A stretch of DNA of 64,000 nucleotides from Octopus sinensis (taxonomy: Eukaryota), in NCBI RefSeq assembly GCF_006345805.1, contig NC_042997.1:171492001-171556000 (forward strand). Direction: 5' to 3'. Numbering within the stretch: the stretch's first letter is position 1; each line of letters opens with the position of its first letter. The notes under the pieces are model-generated. The model was given only the letters and a program-made list of their open reading frames with translations. It searched no databases and had not been told where the DNA came from. The position numbers and the translations under genes are program-made. Below, piece after piece: positions 11,366 to 24,745 of the stretch.

Positions 11366-12385
11366 TAATCACTTGGCACAATTATGAAAGGAAGGACATC
11401 CAGCCATAGAAAATTTGTCTCAACAAAATTCCTTCTGTCTCATGCAAACATGGAAAAGAAAATGTTAAACTGATGAGGGTGACGATGAAAGAGAAAGAAA
11501 TCCATAAATGCATGGAAATTAGAGTGAATTTAGAGTTTTGTTTATGCTGATATTCTGCTTTATAGTGTGTTGGACAGAGAATTGAGAGAAGCCAGAAATT
11601 GGTGTAAGTTCATGGTAATATGTATGCATACACACACACATACACATGCACACATGCACACATGCACACACACAAAGCACACATTCCCATACATGCATAC
11701 AAGCACACACCCAAAACACATACACAAAGCACACATGCACACAAAGACACAAAGCAAACATGCACACATGCACTAAAACAAGCACATAGCATAAATTCAA
11801 ATTGGTGCACACACACACTTAAAAGATTAGCAACATTGCTTCCATTGCAGCAGCAACAAAATGGCTTTGTTGAGCTCTGTTGTTGCTAGGTTGCTATTTC
11901 TGGACAGAGATTATGATATTTTTGTTTGTCCACACATACAAAAAACAGAAAAATATGTTCACTAAAAAAAGTAAAAAAAGAAAAAGAAGTCTACACTGAA
12001 AGTAAAAAACTTTAATTATAGTAAGACATATAGATTCTCTGTTGGTACTGATAATGAGCATTCCAGTTATTTAATCACCTGATCTAGCTTCTCATTGTAT
12101 TATAGTATGGGCAGCTGAGTATTCTATAGATACTTGCATCTTTAAAATAATCTTTAGAAGGAATCAATAAGACGCAGTGTTTGACAGAGCTGGCTATTTT
12201 AATTATAGGTGTTTTCCATTTAACAGGCATCCACAAAGTTGCTGTCTACATAGTTTCACACTGTGAGATTTGGATGACCTAAAGCTATGCCAAAAAATAC
12301 TTGCACAAGATGTCACACTTTGGTTTGAAACCAGGATCTCTGAATTATGAAACGAATAACTTAGCCATTTGTTCATGCCAGTATC

Positions 12386-12616
12386 TGTTTCTTTATTACC
12401 CACAAGGGGCTAAACATAGAGAGGACAAACAAGGACAGACAAATGGATTAAGTCGATTACATCGACCCCAGTGCGTAACTGGTACTTAATTTATCGACTC
12501 CGAAAGGATGAAAAGCAAAGTCAAACTCAGCGGAATTTGAACTCAGAACGTAACGGCAGACGAAATACGTCTACACATTTTGCCCGGCGGGCTAACGGTT
12601 CTGCCAACTCGCCACC
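12386..12616 (-). mobile_element. SINE family B (tail i) with 14-bp TSD
   Basis: TSD TTCATGCCAGTATC at 12372-12385 and 12617-12630. Confidence 0.9.
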
Positions 12617-12689
12617 TTCATGCCAGTATCATTGTGTGTGTGTGTGTGTGTGTGTGTGCATTGTGTGAGATTTGTAAAAAATATAACCA

Positions 12690-12875
12690 GTGTTACTGTC
12701 ATGTAACTGGCGCTAATTATTTCCAGTCTTTGGGAAAACATGTTTGGCAATGGGAAAATATTACCTTGCTTGAAAATAGATGAGGATTGGCAATAACAAA
12801 GGTGTCTGGTCATAGAAAATCTGCCTCTGTGGACTCCATCGGACACACAGAAAAGTGGTCATTAAAATGATGATG
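12690..12875 (+). mobile_element. Non-coding repeat family F with an RTE-type tail
   Basis: Similar to 23590-23800 (+), 54725-54950 (-) and 11385-11490 (+); ends in (GAT)n. Confidence 0.6.
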
Positions 12876-13309
12876 ATGATAATGGTAGTGAGGAGGAGTT
12901 GGAAGGTTACAATGATGGCAATGATACCAGCACCAATGCCATTACTGCTGCTGTTTCTGCCACTGTTATAATGTAAGATGAATAATGATATTGTGCTCAG
13001 ATAATAACTTTATAAATGAACTGAGAAAACGTTGCAGTAATTCTGAACTGAAATGTAAAATAACAAACTGTAACTTCATTTGTCCACAAGCAAAATAAAC
13101 CATCTGTACCATAGTAAGTGTGCTAAGGCAAAAAGAGAAAATCCATTACAATAAGTCAATGTATATCTAATGTCACTTGGTAGAGTCCATAATGTGTCCC
13201 CTTGGACGAATCAACATAAGCTTATAATAAACGATGTGAGAGTGTAAAATGTCACATGATAGAATCGTGTGTCTTGATTGGATGACATTTAATAAACAAT
13301 GTTTTGCGT

Positions 13310-13640
13310 CGAGACAACAGTCTCTAAATGAGGAAGGAAGAGTCTTGTTCCCTCCTCATTTCTAGGTCCAAAACCATAACTTCCATGAACTCTCTGGGGG
13401 TGCTGTCCAACATGCCCACTGAAGTCACCAGCCACAATAAAAAAGTCTCTGTCATTTGTCGTTGAGGTGGTCTGCAAAAGGATCTCATAGAATTAGTCCT
13501 ACTTGTCAGTCAGCCCAAATTCGAGGAGCATAAGCAGAGATAAATGTAACTGCTAATTTACTTATGATAAGTCTCATCTGAATTACCCTGTTATATACTC
13601 TGACTACCTCAGAATATGTAATAGGGTAATCAAGATGAGA
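13310..13640 (-). mobile_element. RTE LINE AP-endonuclease fragment
   Basis: EVVRVYNRVIQMRL..ISAYAP..IVAGDFSGHVG..GFGPRNEEGTRL. Confidence 0.85.
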
Positions 13641-13904
13641 GCCAGCTCTGACCAATGAGTTGATCACAACCGATGGCTGACCCTAGCATTTCCAGCAGGT
13701 AAAGTAATGCTTCTACCTGCAGTCAAAAAATCCAGCTTGCAAATTTGACTAATCTCTCATTTGGAGAGCAAGAGCATCATATATTGCAGACACCTTAGCC
13801 ATATTTGTCATTTGTTGTTGCAATGTAGAAATCATGTTCAGAGTTTCAGTGGGAATAAAGTTCACATATGGTTCCCAGTCACATGCATTCAAATAGTTTC
13901 TGCC

Positions 13905-14295
13905 TTTTCTGTCTCTCTGTCACACTCTAACTTTTCATCATCTGACATGAGATTACCTCCTCCAATGCCCCTCCTCTATAACAGCAAGAGACCTGTTTCT
14001 GCCTCTTTGTCTCCCTGTCATGCTCTAACCTTTCATCATCTGATACAAGACCACCTCCTCTAATGTCCCCTCACCTCTCAAAGTTTCCTTGTCTCGCAAG
14101 TTACTTGGTGACCCTGCCTGTACTGGTGCCACATAAAAAGCACTCAGTCCGCTCTGTGGGGTGGTTGGTGTTAGGAAGGGCATCCAGTCATAAAAACCAT
14201 CCCAAAACAGATACAGATGTCTGGTGCAGTCTTCTGCCTGGCCAGCTTCTGTCAAATCTTCCAGCCTATGCCAGCATGGAAGGTAGACATTAAAC
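13905..14295 (+). mobile_element. Non-coding repeat family E with an RTE-type 3' tail
   Basis: Homologous to 14563-14985, 43983-44462 and 62440-62985. Confidence 0.75.
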
Positions 14296-14562
14296 GCTGG
14301 TAGCCCCCATAACTTTATACATACCCGGGTCTTTCCCCACTTACTCACACTTTTTAATCACATTCGCTTTGCAATATCCTGCCACTTATATTATGGCATT
14401 TGAACCTCAAGGGTATGTCCTGGCACTTTCCCCTATCTATATCTCTCTTTTGCTTTACTCAACCATCCAATTTATATTCTTATCCCTGTTCCTTGTGAGT
14501 ATGCCTGATATTTTGCCACTATCTCTGTCCTACTGTCTCCCACCCTCTCTCCTTCTCCTGCA

Positions 14563-14985
14563 CTTCCCTCAGGTTGGGTAACCATGTATTTTCTTTGCGG
14601 TAGCACACCTGTTTCTGTCTTCATTCCTGATCTTTCTTTGGCCAGGTAATCTTGTACTTCCTCTACAACAAGACACCTGTATCTGTCTCTCTATAACCTT
14701 TTCAACATCCAACACAAGATCACTTCCTCCAATGCCTCCTCCCCTCTTGAATGTTGTTTTTTTTTGTCTTACAAGTACTTGGTGACCCTGTCAGTGCAGG
14801 TGCCACTTAAAAGCCCCCTCACTATAAGGTTGGTGTTTGAAAGTGCATCCAGCTGTAAAAACCTTGCCAAAACTGACCTAGCCTGCTGTGCCATGAAAAA
14901 CGCACTAAGTCCACTCTGCTGAGTGGTTGGTATTAGGAAAGGCATCCAGCTGTAAAAATTCTGTCAAAGCAGTCACAGAAGGCTA
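14563..14985 (+). mobile_element. Family E copy (3' truncated)
   Basis: Duplicated GTGGTTGG..AAGGGCATCCAGCTGTAAAA module, as in 62440-62985. Confidence 0.75.
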
Positions 14986-15144
14986 AACAACAATGACAAC
15001 CACAACGACAACTGCAAATTCCTTGATAGTGAGGACACTTGTGAATTAGGCTGTGCCACAATTAAAAATCAATAATCAAATTGATTGGGAAAACATAAAT
15101 CATTAGCATTCATTTTATCTTCTTAAAATTCACAACCTTTTAAA

Positions 15145-15530
15145 ACCACCCACCATCACCATCACTACCATCACCATTACAACCACCACCACCACTGGCA
15201 TTACTACCACTGAAAGCACTCTCTACCCTCTACTATTCCCACTGTCACCACCACAACAACCATCATCACTGTTAGCATTATAATTACTACCACCATCACA
15301 ATCAACACCACCACCACACCACCATCACTACAACTACCACCACCACCACCACCACCACCACAACCACTGCCACCACAACAACCACCACCATCACTACAAC
15401 TACCCCCCACTACCCCCCACCACCACTGCCACCACCACAACCACCACCATCACCACAACTACCATCACCACCGCCGCCACCGCTGCCACCACCACCACCA
15501 CCACCACCACCACCACCACCACCTCCTCTA
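15145..15530. repeat. (CAC/CAT)n trinucleotide tract
   Basis: Direct inspection. Confidence 0.9.
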
Positions 15531-15728
15531 AAATCTTTCCTCACTGCTACCACTACAACTACTAATAGCAGCAACAAAAATAGCTACATCAAAATGTATT
15601 TTTCTTGTTTTTTTCTTATTTACTTTTCATTTCCATTATTTTTTTTTCCACTTCTGTCTAATTTTGTTAAGTTCAAAATAACTTAATATGGTCTTTGGTA
15701 ATGCTGCTCTTACTAACACCATTATCAG

Positions 15729-15775
<47 letters not shown>

Positions 15776-15819
15776 TTACTAATACTAATACTACTACTGT
15801 TATTCCTGCTGCTGCTGTT

Positions 15820-16015
15820 GTTGTTAAGCAACAAGTAGGGTAAGGGTGATTAGGTGATGGTCAAGGGCTTAGGGGTGGGAGACCCCAGACCTTGGAAAAA
15901 AAAAACTTTGGTCGTCTTGTTGCAGTCAAGGGCTCTACGTTGATGCCCGACACCACTGGGAGGTGGCCCTACAAGTTGCTGGAAATGGAGATCTCCAGGT
16001 CCAAATTCTTGGTCG
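15820..16015 (-). mobile_element. Unclassified ~200-bp dispersed repeat (probable LINE 3' end)
   Basis: Inverted homologue at 38445-38640; both end CTTGTTGCTTAAC(AAC)n. Confidence 0.7.
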
Positions 16016-16196
16016 GCTGCTGCTGCTGCTACTGCTACTACTACTACTACTACTACTACTATACTACTACTACTACTACTACTACCATAGTCATTTCAGT
16101 AAATGTTATTATCCTGACTTGAAATCCTTACCACCGTTATCACCACTTCTAATGTCATGATGCTCAACCCATTAACCACACCCACTACTGACTGGC

Positions 16197-16515
16197 ACTC
16201 CACTGGTTATAATGTTGAGGGTTCCAGTTGATCTGTTCAACAGAACAGCCTGCTTGTGAAATGAATGTGCAAATGGCTACGCATTCCACAGACACATGTA
16301 AAGTACCCTTAACATAGTTTTCAGAGAGATTCAGCGTGATATAGAATGGGACAAGGCTAGCCCTTTAAAATACATGTACAGTTTATTTTTGCCAGCTGTA
16401 TGGACTGGAACAATGTGGAATAAAGTCACTTGCTCAAGGACACAATTTGTTGCCAGGTATTGAACCGATGAACTTATGATTGTGAGCTGAATGCCCTAAC
16501 CACTAAGCCACACAA
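16197..16515 (-). mobile_element. tRNA-headed SINE family D
   Basis: Head GTGGCTTAGTGGTTAGGG..GGTTCAATAC; body GTGTCCTTGAGCAAG..CCAGTCCA..CAGCTGGCAAAAAT; partial copies at 19315-19520 (-), 21780-21985 (+) and 53930-54030 (-). Confidence 0.8.
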
Positions 16516-16569
16516 TTTCACTACCATATCCACTGCTGCCTTCACACAAGCATCAGTACTGGCCCCTTA

Positions 16570-16975
16570 TCCTGGCCTAGTCTTTCTGCCCTCTCCTCCT
16601 CTCTTTTCCTCCCTCCTTCCCTCTCTACCTCCCTCCTCCTCCCTCCCTTCTTCCCTCCTCCTCCCTCTCTCCCTCCCTCCCTCCCTTCTTCTCCTTCCTC
16701 CTTCCTCTCCCCCTCTACCACCCTCCCTCCTCCTGCCCCCTCTACTCCCTCCTCCAGCCTTCTCTCCTCCCTGCTCCTGCCTTCTCTCCTCCCTCCTCCT
16801 GCCTTTTCTCCTCCCTCCTCCTGCCTTCTCTCCTCCCTCTTCCTGCCCCTCCCCTCCTTGTCCCTCACACCCCCACCCCTCATTCTCTTCCCAGTCCCAT
16901 CCCTCCTCCCACTCTTCATCTCCCCTCCCCTCCCACCTTCTCTCTCTCTCTCTCACCCCCATCCCACCTCTCTCT
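16570..16975. repeat. CT-rich polypyrimidine low-complexity tract
   Basis: Direct inspection. Confidence 0.9.
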
Positions 16976-16989
16976 CCGTCACACTTTCT

Positions 16990-17145
16990 GCAGGAATCTA
17001 GCCACGACCTTTGGAAACATACTACAGTGTATCCAATTCCTAAGAAGGGAAACTCCCCCACTTTACTCTGCCAAAAATCTGCTGTCGCTTCCAACTTCTC
17101 AAAGGTGATTGAGACTATCATGAACAACCACTTTGTCTTATACTT
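16990..17145 (+). mobile_element. CR1/Jockey-group LINE RT N-terminal fragment
   Basis: LWKHTTVYPIPKKG..AVASNFSKVIETIMNNH matches the WKxAxVxPIPKKG...SKxxE motif. Confidence 0.7.
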
Positions 17146-17505
17146 TAACAAAAACAAAGAAAATTGCAGCAAAGCTGCGTGATTGCAGTATCAGATGTGG
17201 CATACAGACCTTCATTTAACTTGTTTGATATTACATTTTTATTCTTCTCTTGTGTTTTACAAATTCGGTGTGCACATGCACATAGCATGTTAATTCTTCT
17301 TTTTCTGGTTTCTACTCAAAACTGTTTACAAATCAGAACCATCTCACAAACTGCATTTGTGAAGAGCGCTTCACACTCTGATGGTTGTGAAAAAGATCTT
17401 CTCATCTCGCTACACAAAAAAGTAGCAGTGGTACCAATGAATTGAGAAACATTGTCATATTTGGACAGAATTCAAGGTGTCTGCCTTCATTATGATCAGT
17501 ATAGG

Positions 17506-17669
17506 TGCAGGAATGGCTGTGTGGTAAGTAGCTTGCTTACCAACCACATGGTTCTGGGTTCAGTCCCACTGTGTGGCACCTTGGGCAAGTGTCTTCTACT
17601 ATAGCCTTGGGCCTACCAAAGCCTTGTGAGTGGATTTGGTAGACGGAAAACTGAAAGAAGCCCGTCATA

Positions 17670-17700
<31 letters not shown>

Positions 17701-17940
17701 TGTGTGTGTGTGTGTGTGTGTGTGTGTTTGTGTGTCTGTGTTTGTCCTCCCAACATTGCTTGATAACCGATGCTGGTGTGTTTGTGTCCCCGTAACCTAG
17801 TGGTTTGGCAAAAGAGACTGATAGAATAAGTACTAGGCTTACAAAGAATAAGACCTGGGGTCGATTTGCTTGACTTAAGGTGGTGCTCCATCATGGCCAC
17901 AGTCAAATGACTGAAACAAGTAAAAGAGTAAAGAGAGAGA
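17506..17940 (+). mobile_element. SINE family A, full length
   Basis: A box TGGCTGTGTGG, B box GGTTCAGTCCC, central (TA)n(TG)n, tail ...GACTGAAACAAGTAAAAGAG. Confidence 0.9.
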
Positions 17941-17951
17941 GTAAAATCATA

Positions 17952-18255
17952 CAGGCATGGCTGTGTGGATAGGTACAGGTGTGGCTATGTGGTAAGAACC
18001 TTGTCTCCCAACCACATGGTTTCAGGTTCAGTACTACTACCTGGCACCTTGGGAAAGTGTCATCTATTATTGCCTCAGGCCAACGAAAGCCTTAGATTCG
18101 GTACATGGAAACTGAAAGAAGCCTACCACATATATATGTGTGTGTGTGTGTGTGCATGTATGTGTCTTTGTGACTGTGTATGTCCCTAACCAGCCGGGTA
18201 TTTTTATCCATGGCAAAAGAGACTAATAGAACATGTACCAGACTTTAAAATGATG

Positions 18256-18316
<61 letters not shown>

Positions 18317-18420
18317 TGAGTACTAGGTTCAATTCATTCGACAAAAGATTCTTCAAAACAGTGCCCTAGAATGGCCTGTCCTAATGACTGAAACAAGTAA
18401 AAAAAGTAAAAAAGAAAAAA
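17952..18420 (+). mobile_element. SINE family A variant, tandem to the previous copy
   Basis: Same head and tail; extra internal (AAT)n. Confidence 0.75.
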
Positions 18421-18599
18421 ACAGATTGGATAATGGCAGATGTACAACATTGTATGACATACAAGTAGCCAATGTATGGCAACTAGCTGAAGGTATGGCA
18501 TATCCAAAGCTATTGATCTGCAGATCACACCCAGTCATTTAGTTATGTTTGATCTGTCATAGCTGGCATTTCAGCTAGTTCTTGAAATCATTCAATCCT

Positions 18600-18915
18600 T
18601 GTTTGACCGTGGTCGAGACAATGGAATTTACTATGTTATACCAGACTTCACAGCATTACGGAAGTCCTGTTGCTGGATGCCTGTATCCCTGGAGATTACA
18701 TCAGGGTAGGAGAGTGTGTGTCCTCTGGTATATCAAGCAGATGGCTTCCAGAGGAGAAGAGTAGAAATTACCTCGTTTTCAGCTCTACAACAATGTCCAA
18801 CAAACTGGACTCTTCTACCTTTCACAAGAGATGATACAGGTGGTAATTTCCTATTTATTGAAATGCTTCTAGGTGGCTCATCTGTCTCATTTGTTCTGGC
18901 TGACCTCACTGTAGA
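18600..18915 (-). mobile_element. RTE-X-like LINE 3' fragment
   Basis: KLPPVSSLVKGRRVQFVGHCCRAENEVISTLLLWKP; near-identical to 54150-54565. Confidence 0.75.
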
Positions 18916-18939
18916 ATATGGCTTTGTCCATGTGTGAGA

Positions 18940-19250
18940 TGTGGCCTGCCCATCTGAGCTCTCCCAGGCAGCGATAGACTCCACAGGGTGCATGTGAGTT
19001 GCAGCACAGATGAAGGCGCAGCAAGATTGCATCCAGAATGCTTCAAGCAATTCTGAGAAGGCCAAAGTAACTGCAGCAAGTAAGAAATACTAAAGAAGGA
19101 AAGAGTCATTGTCAGGATCCCCATCTGACCAAAGCCTACACATTTGTCCCAAATGTGTTAGAGCCTCTCATTCAAGAATCGGTTTACATAATCACTTAAG
19201 TGGCTTGCCAATCTTTCTGATCTTCAGACGCAAAGAAACTGCCATCATGC
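18940..19250 (+). mobile_element. RTE (BovB-like) LINE 3' end, degenerate
   Basis: C-terminal zinc finger remnant HICPKCVRASHSRIGLHNHL. Confidence 0.7.
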
Positions 19251-19534
19251 TCCTGTGTCATAGATCTGTTTAATCAAGCCTGACCTGAGGTCACACAACT
19301 GCATTAAAATTGGCTCTTCATCGGTTATGATGATGAGTGTTCCAGTTGTTCCAATCAATGGAACAGCTTGCTTGTGAAATTAATGAGTAAGAGGATGAGC
19401 ACTCCACAGACATGAGTAACCTTAATGTAGTTCTCAGGGAGATGTAGCATACCTTTTGAAATACAGGTACTACTCATTTTTGCCAGCTGAGTGTACTGGA
19501 GCAATGTGAAATAAATACCACTGAATATTCTTTT

Positions 19535-19915
19535 TTACTCTAGGCACAAGGCCTGAAATTTTGGGGGAGGGGGCCAGTCAATTAGATCTACCCCAGTATG
19601 CAACTTAATCTATCAACCCCGAAAGGATGTAAGGCAAAATCAACCTTGGCAGAATTTGAAAGTAAAGACAGACGAAATACCTATTTCTTTACTACCCACA
19701 AGGGGCTAAACACAGAGAGGACAAACAAGGACAGACAAACGGATTAAGTCGATTATATCGACCCTAGTGCGTAACTGGTACTTATTTAATCGACCCCGAA
19801 AGGATGAAAGGCAAAGTCGACCTTGGTGGAATTTGAACTCAGCACGTAGCGGCAGATGAAATACCACTAAGCATTTTGCCCGGCATGCTAAGATTTCTGC
19901 CAGCTTGCTGCTTCA
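19535..19915 (-). mobile_element. Two tandem SINE B copies (tail ii partial plus tail i)
   Basis: Core GCCTTTCATCCTTTCGGGGTCGAT present twice on the minus strand. Confidence 0.85.
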
Positions 19916-22389
19916 AATACCTCTGAATATTGAACTCATGACCATATATTTGTAAGCCAAATACCCTAACCATTAAGCCACATGCCTTCACAAAAGCATA
20001 AACTCATCTAAAAAAAAATAAAATAGATAATTACTAATTGGTTGAATAAACCATTCCAGTCAAAACAAATCCTACAGCTGATTTGACTCTAGTTTTAGCA
20101 TTGAGCCTCCCCATCATTCTACTGTTACTCTGAAACTTACTTTGAAATAATAACCTTAAATTAACATTTAATTGTTATTAATTAGTACAAACCTGATACA
20201 GCCAGCACATATGGAGACTGATGCTTAAGTCTAATTAATGATTAATTGTCTTAAAATTAGAAAAGTTTTCTGCAGGGACATTTAGTCTGAAAACAGACAT
20301 TGGAATAAAACTTATGTGTTAGTTATATATGCTAGAAATGGCAATTAAATCTCTCTGAAATCATACCCTGCCATCTTTAAATTATCCAATATTGGGTAAT
20401 TAATTTATTCTTAGATATACTATGTCAATATTAAAAAAACAGGGTGGTCATGATTTAAATGTCTTTGACCATAGGCCTACTTGACCAGTGCTGATCTGAT
20501 ACTGAACAATTACAACTACCATGAAGCAATCAGGTGAGTTTTTTTTATGAATGTTTGACCGGCCAAACACAGCAACTAAACCTTCCTCAAATAGTATCCT
20601 AGACTTTCAAAACCATGTAAGGACACACTGGATAATGTGGTCCTAAATATATTATGTATTGAAAATTAAAGACAGGATGATCTCAAGTGAAACACCTTTC
20701 ATCAAATGCCTTCTGGACCTGGACTGACCTGGAACAAACAAACACTACCAACAGCTCGTGTAATAAAATTATGTTGCTTCATAATCTTGAGAATATGTCC
20801 AATATACAAATTCGCATGACTAACCAAGCTTACAAAGAAGAATATGACAAAAATTTCACTTCACTTCGCTGCAAATAAAACAAATATAAAGAAAGATAAA
20901 ATATTTAAAGGAAGCGACGAGTTTAGATATAGATTTATTTGTCAGTTCCCAAGATGTTTTCTGAGGAAAAAAAAAATAATGATAAAATGGTTAAAAAAGA
21001 AGATTCCTCTCAAAGCTCATTGCTTTTCCAATGCAACGAGCTTTGACATTTAACTCCAGTAGCTGGCTCTATCTTTCTGTATTTCCCTCCTATTCATGAA
21101 TGAAAAGAATGAGAGAATTTTATATCTCTTATCAAGCTTGTCCATTCCCAAGTTAGTTTGCTTTTTATCAGACAAGACTTTTATTTTGTTTTTTCTCTCT
21201 ATCATCATTTCATTGTTTCCTGAAATGAAAAAGTGGGGGAAAAAAATTGGTAATTTTTTTTTTATATATTGACTATGGGATAACAAAAAAAAAAAAACCC
21301 CAACAAATTGAAGTTCACTTTCCAAGTTATATTTTGTCACCTTTTATTGAAACTTTATGCTTTCTCTTCATTGATTTTAGATTTTTATCAATTTTATATT
21401 TGTGTCTTTTATTTTATTTTGGCTTTTTCACTCCTATTTTTAAAACTATTTTCCACAATATTTCTTAATTTCTTTGCGATTCATGATCTTATAGATCAAG
21501 TATTGTTAATACTGAGAGAATTGTTGATGCTATTTTGTTCTTCCTATTGTTGCTGTCTTTGGCTCATGTTGTTATAGTTCCTTTTGCTTTGCCACATGTT
21601 GGAAAAGGGATATTATTTATTTATTTGTTTTTAATTTGGTCTGGTAAAGCCTGCAAAAATTACAGGAACTGCTCACCTCATTAGATTATCTTTTTTATAA
21701 GAAAAAATTAAAAAATCCCAGGTTAGCCTTGGTCAAACAGAACTATGGAATATTGGTAGTTGGGTGTAATTTCTAAGCATGGTGCAAAGCTTAGTGGTTA
21801 GAGTATTTGGCTCGTGACCACAAGGTCATGAGGTCGATTCCCAGCGGAGTGTTGTGTCTTTGAGTAAAACACTTTATTTCACATTGTTACAGTTCCATTC
21901 AGCGAGCAAAAATGAGTTGCACATGTAATTCAAAGGACCGGCCTTGTCACACTTGACGTATCATGCTGAATCTCCCTGAGAAATTGAAAGAAACCTATTG
22001 TGTATGCATGTATGCATGTGTGTGTGTGTGTGTGTGTGTGTGTGACTTTAGTGTTTATATTATCTGTCAAGTGCAATATTCACTTATTCACATTGTTTTT
22101 AATTAAGCATGCATTATCTTGTAGCTTCAATATTTCAAGGATACAGTTGTGTATGTTTTGAATGACATTTTTATTGTGAGAGAGGCCAGATCTGGCCAGT
22201 TTGAACGTAGTACATTCAGTACTTTGGGTCAGGTACGGCCCATTTAAATGCTAATGAGATATACATATAACAAAACAGGAATGTGAAAATATATCTTTGA
22301 TATTATTCATTCTCCACTACACATGTTACATTTGCTAATAGGAATTACAAAGATTTACACGATAGATTGACATGTAAGGGATTTCTAAT

Positions 22390-22534
22390 AGGTGTGGTAA
22401 GTAGTAGCTTACTGACCACTTGGTTCCAGATTCAGTCCCACTGCATGGCACCTTGGGCAAGTGTCTTCTACTATAGCCTTGGGCTGCCCAAAGCCATGTG
22501 AGTGGATTTGGTAGACAGAAACTGAAAGAAGCCC

Positions 22535-22603
<69 letters not shown>

Positions 22604-22770
22604 TAGGCGCAGGAGTGGCTGTGTGGTAAGTAGCTTGCTAACCAACCACATGGTTCCGGGTTCAGTCCCACTGCGTGGCATCTTGGGCAGGTGTCTTCCG
22701 CTATAGCCCCGGGCCGACCAATGCCTTGTGAGTGGATTTGGTAGACGGAAACTGAAAGAAGCCTGTCGTA

Positions 22771-22833
<63 letters not shown>

Positions 22834-23040
22834 TTGTGTGTCTGTGTTTGTCCCCCTAGCGTTGCTTGACAACTGATGCTGGTGTATTTACGTCCCTGTA
22901 ACATTGTGGTTCGGCAAAAGAGACTGATAGAATAAGTACTAGGCTTGCAAAGAATAAGTCCTGGGGTCGATTTGCCCAACTAAAGGTGATGCTCCAGCAT
23001 GACTATAGTCAAATGACTGAAACAAGTAAAAGAGTTAAAG
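22390..23040 (+). mobile_element. Tandem SINE A pair (partial plus full)
   Basis: The second copy starts at ~22605 inside the (TA)n of the first. Confidence 0.9.
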
Positions 23041-23081
23041 AATACATACACACGCACGCACATGCACACGCACACACATGC

Positions 23082-23120
<39 letters not shown>

Positions 23121-23589
23121 ACAAGCAAAGTAACAGGTTAGAAAATGTCTAAGAGATGAAAACAGTAACTATACTGAGAAGTAATGTTTGTCACTACTTC
23201 AACAAGGCTGTTCTGTATGATCCAACATTACTACCCTTTTTTAACCCCAAGAGGATGCCTCTTCTGGCTGGTTATCGATGCAATCTAATCTGATATATAT
23301 TGCAAGCAGGGGAGTGAACTTCTACCATCTTCTAGTGATTTGACAGGACCATCAGACCAGCTGGTTTCAGGATATTTTTTCCCATCCTCAGTGGTGGATA
23401 CCTGTCCACTAGAGATAGCAGTAGTTCATTCCCTATGTGTGTGTGTGCGTGCACGTGTGTGCGTGTATGTGAGTGTGTATGTGTGTGCGTGCGTGTGTGT
23501 ATTTGAATGTATGTATGTATGTATATATATATACACACACACATATTTGTGTGTGTGAGTGTGTGTATGTTTGTGCCTCTCCATTTTGG

Positions 23590-23800
23590 CATTGTGGGAC
23601 CATTGTAAATGCATGTCATTCATTTTCAATATTCTGAATGAACATGTTTGGCTGTAGCAAAATATTACCTCCCTTGGAAACAGGTGAGGTTTGACAAACA
23701 AGAAGGGTATCCAGATGTAAGAAAATCTGCCTCAATTAACTCTTCTACCCCATGCAAGCATGGAAAAGTAGACAATAAAATGTTAATGATGGTGGGGGTG
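23590..23800 (+). mobile_element. Family F copy
   Basis: AAATATTACC..GGAAACAGGTGAGG..AAGGGTATCCAG..CCATGCAAGCATGGAAAAG. Confidence 0.65.
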
Positions 23801-24299
23801 GTAGGGTGATGATGATAATAATGATGATGATGATGATGATGATGAAGGTGATGTAAAAGCATATATAAAAATCACTTAGCAGATTGCAACAAAAAGTCAT
23901 ATACATACAAATATAGTATTAAGAGACTGCAAAACCTTTCTTACCCTAAAAGATTTCACTAAATATAAAAAAGAAATATTCTCAGGGAAAAATTTTGAGA
24001 ACTACTTTTGGCATCGTGTATTTTTTAGTTGGGTTTGGTACCCCTCAAGCTTATCTCTTATTTATTTTATTATCAATAAAATTAATTACCATCCCTTTTT
24101 TGAAATATAACTTTTCACTCATTTTGTTTTCCTTTCTCTATTTTCTTTTCCTTTGCAAGTTTTTATTTAATAATCTTGACTGATACCACTTTCTTTCTTC
24201 CTTCCTTCCTTTCATCTCTCCTTCCTTTCTTCCTTTCCTTGCTTGCTTACTTTACTTTCTTTCTTGCTTACTTGCTTTTCATTCTTGCTTGCTTACTTG

Positions 24300-24745
24300 C
24301 TTGATTGTCAACTTTTCTTTCTTTCTTGTTTGCTTTCTTGAATGCCAATTTTTCTTTCTTGCTTGCTTGATTGCCAACTTTTCTTTCTTTCTTGTTTGCT
24401 TGCTTCATTGCCAACTTTTCTTTCTTTCTTGTTTGCTTGCTTGATTGCCAATTTTTCTTTCTTGCTTGCTTGATTGCCAACTTTTCTTTCTTTCTTGTTT
24501 GCTTGCTTGATTGCCACCTTTTCTTTCTTTCTTGTTTGCTTGCTTGATTGCCAATTTTTCTTTCTTTCTTGCTTGATTGCCACCTTTTCTTTCTTTCTTT
24601 CTTGCTTACTTGCTGGATTGCTAATATTTCTTTCTTGCTTGCTTGATTGCCGCCTTTTCTTTCTTTCTTGTTTACTTGCTGGATTGCCAATTTTTCTTTC
24701 TTGCTTGCTTGATTGCCAATTTATCTTTCTTTCTTGCTTGCTAGC
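24300..24745. repeat. Minisatellite, ~13 units of 29-41 nt
   Basis: GATTGCCAA followed by CTTT/CTTG tetramers; unit lengths alternate mostly between 37 and 29. Confidence 0.9.

Noticed and set aside
20687-20880. ORF with several N-glycosylation sequons, and an alternative minus-strand exon
   Set aside because: One end overlaps a degenerate dispersed repeat (cf. 53455-53640), and the best acceptor gives stops in all frames.
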